The notes under the pieces are model-generated. The model had not been told where the DNA came from. It made no database searches and saw only the letters and a list, made by a program, of their open reading frames with translations. A DNA stretch of 24,000 bases from Bacillus renqingensis. Lineage in GTDB: Bacteria; Bacillota; Bacilli; Bacillales; Cytobacillaceae. Positions 22,955-24,000 of this stretch are shown here, piece by piece. The stretch's first letter is position 1; every line of letters begins with the position of its first letter. Location of the stretch: positions 1 to 24,000 of the forward strand of contig JADDIU010000034.1 in NCBI GenBank assembly GCA_016464375.1, written 5' to 3'. Made by a program: the position numbers and the translations under genes.

Positions 22955-24000
22955 TTAAACAGTAAGAGTTGTTGTTGTGTTAAGATTCGCTGCTTTTCTA
23001 ACTAATTCACGTATTGGCTCTGCATCAAAGTTGTTGTATGTTGCCATGTATTGGGCAAATGGCGGACTTTGGGCAAACAACTCAAATGTTACCATATGGC
23101 CAGCATAAGAAGAATTGAGTAAGTCACGTGCAAAGTAAAGTAATTTCCCACGTTCTTCTGCAGTCCATTCTCCTACTGAATAGTAACGACCAATATAATC
23201 GATAATCGCTGGATCAGACATAGTTGATGTGTCTGGAGTAACAGCCAGCTGTCCTCCCACAAGTTCTCTCGTTAAATGGGCCATTTCCGGAAAGTTTTGT
23301 AAGGCAAATAATCTTCCGGTGTATAATAACGATTGATTTGGCATCATTAAGCCGCCAGGACTGCGCTCTGCATTGGCTACTGCTGCTGTTAAATGGGCAT
23401 TGATTCCTTCACGGTACGTAATCAATTGGGCAATTTTTTCCTTTACTGCCTGCAGCTTAGTCAATCCAGTTTGTTCTACATTCAATAATGCTGTACCCAG
23501 TAAATAGTCTGCTCTCCTTAATATCCTTAGAGTGTAATTAAAAGCTGAATAGCGGTGCAACGTTGAGCGAATATAGGCAGCAGATTCCAGCGAACGGTGG
23601 AACAGTACATTTTCCCAGGGAATCAGTACGTTATCAAAAATTAGTAATGTATCAATCTCCTCAAATTTAGTTGAAATAGGATAATCGGCTTTTCTTTTCC
23701 CTGCTCCAATCGAAGAACGGCAGATATGTTTTAATCCGGGTGCACCCATATCACAAATAAATCCACAAGCAAACGGCGCCATTGCCTCTTTCCCTGCTTC
23801 CCAGTCTAAAATCGTTGGTTTAACAAAAGCCTGGTGGGCATAAGCAGCTGCTGTTTCAAACTTTGCCCCTTTCACCACAATACCATTATCGTTTTCTTTT
23901 ACCACATGGAGCAATGTACCGCCATCTGTACCACTGAATAACTTACTGCGGTCACCCTTAGGGTCTGTATTTGCTGATACGTGGAACAAGTCCTCTCTTG
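22955..24000 (-). CDS. HpaB-family protein: 4-hydroxyphenylacetate-3-hydroxylase-type flavin-dependent oxygenase component / 4-hydroxybutyryl-CoA dehydratase family (5' end outside window)
   Basis: The frame stays open to nt 24000; the listed 'M' at 23989 is a TTG inside a longer ORF. The segment ..DPKGDRSK..., LHVVKENDNGIVVKGAKFETAAAYA and the C-terminal helical domain resemble the HpaB/PvcC/AbfD family, which is typically 480-500 aa. Confidence 0.7.
   Translation of the reverse strand, partial: REDLFHVSANTDPKGDRSKLFSGTDGGTLLHVVKENDNGIVVKGAKFETAAAYAHQAFVKPTILDWEAGKEAMAPFACGFICDMGAPGLKHICRSSIGAGKRKADYPISTKFEEIDTLLIFDNVLIPWENVLFHRSLESAAYIRSTLHRYSAFNYTLRILRRADYLLGTALLNVEQTGLTKLQAVKEKIAQLITYREGINAHLTAAVANAERSPGGLMMPNQSLLYTGRLFALQNFPEMAHLTRELVGGQLAVTPDTSTMSDPAIIDYIGRYYSVGEWTAEERGKLLYFARDLLNSSYAGHMVTFELFAQSPPFAQYMATYNNFDAEPIRELVRKAANLNTTTTLTV

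Overview
This window looks like a chromosomal segment from a low-GC Firmicute, probably Bacillaceae-like: GGAGG-type ribosome-binding sites (RBS), TTG/GTG start codons, and stem-loop plus T-run terminators. It is densely packed with accessory catabolic genes. Features from left to right:

1. **lic-type module (+ strand).** A LicR/CelR-type PRD regulator (5' end cut by the window) is followed by cellobiose/lichenan-family PTS EIIB and EIIC. No EIIA or phospho-beta-glucosidase follows.
2. **Solitary Rpn gene (- strand).** An Rpn/YhgA-like PD-(D/E)XK nuclease ('putative transposase') gene sits between terminators. It contains a strong internal in-frame SD+ATG.
3. **Sigma-54 PTS operon (- strand).** A LevR-like activator gene is followed by a perfect -24/-12 promoter, mannose-family PTS IIA-IIB-IIC-IID, two SIS-domain (FrlB/Gfr-like) enzymes and a HAD phosphatase. 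The gene set resembles fructosamine (Amadori compound) utilisation loci.
4. **Tandem repeat.** A GC-rich array of about ten 52-bp units fills the gap between the activator gene and galE. No listed feature type explains it.
5. **galE**, with its own terminator and a candidate promoter/operator.
6. **Nitrogen-compound catabolic cluster (- strand).** An HpaB-family protein (5' end cut by the window), RidA, DUF1028 (Ntn-hydrolase-like) and an M20 carbamoylase/allantoate-amidohydrolase-family enzyme form one unit. They are followed by an NhaC-family transporter with its own promoter and long leader, then a class-III aminotransferase plus an aldehyde dehydrogenase.

No rRNA, tRNA, CRISPR array or bounded IS element was seen. 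All function calls rest on motif recognition in the supplied translations, because no searches could be run. The most unusual items are the 52-bp array, the possible intragenic small protein in the Rpn gene, and the uncharacterised HpaB/RidA/DUF1028/M20 gene combination.
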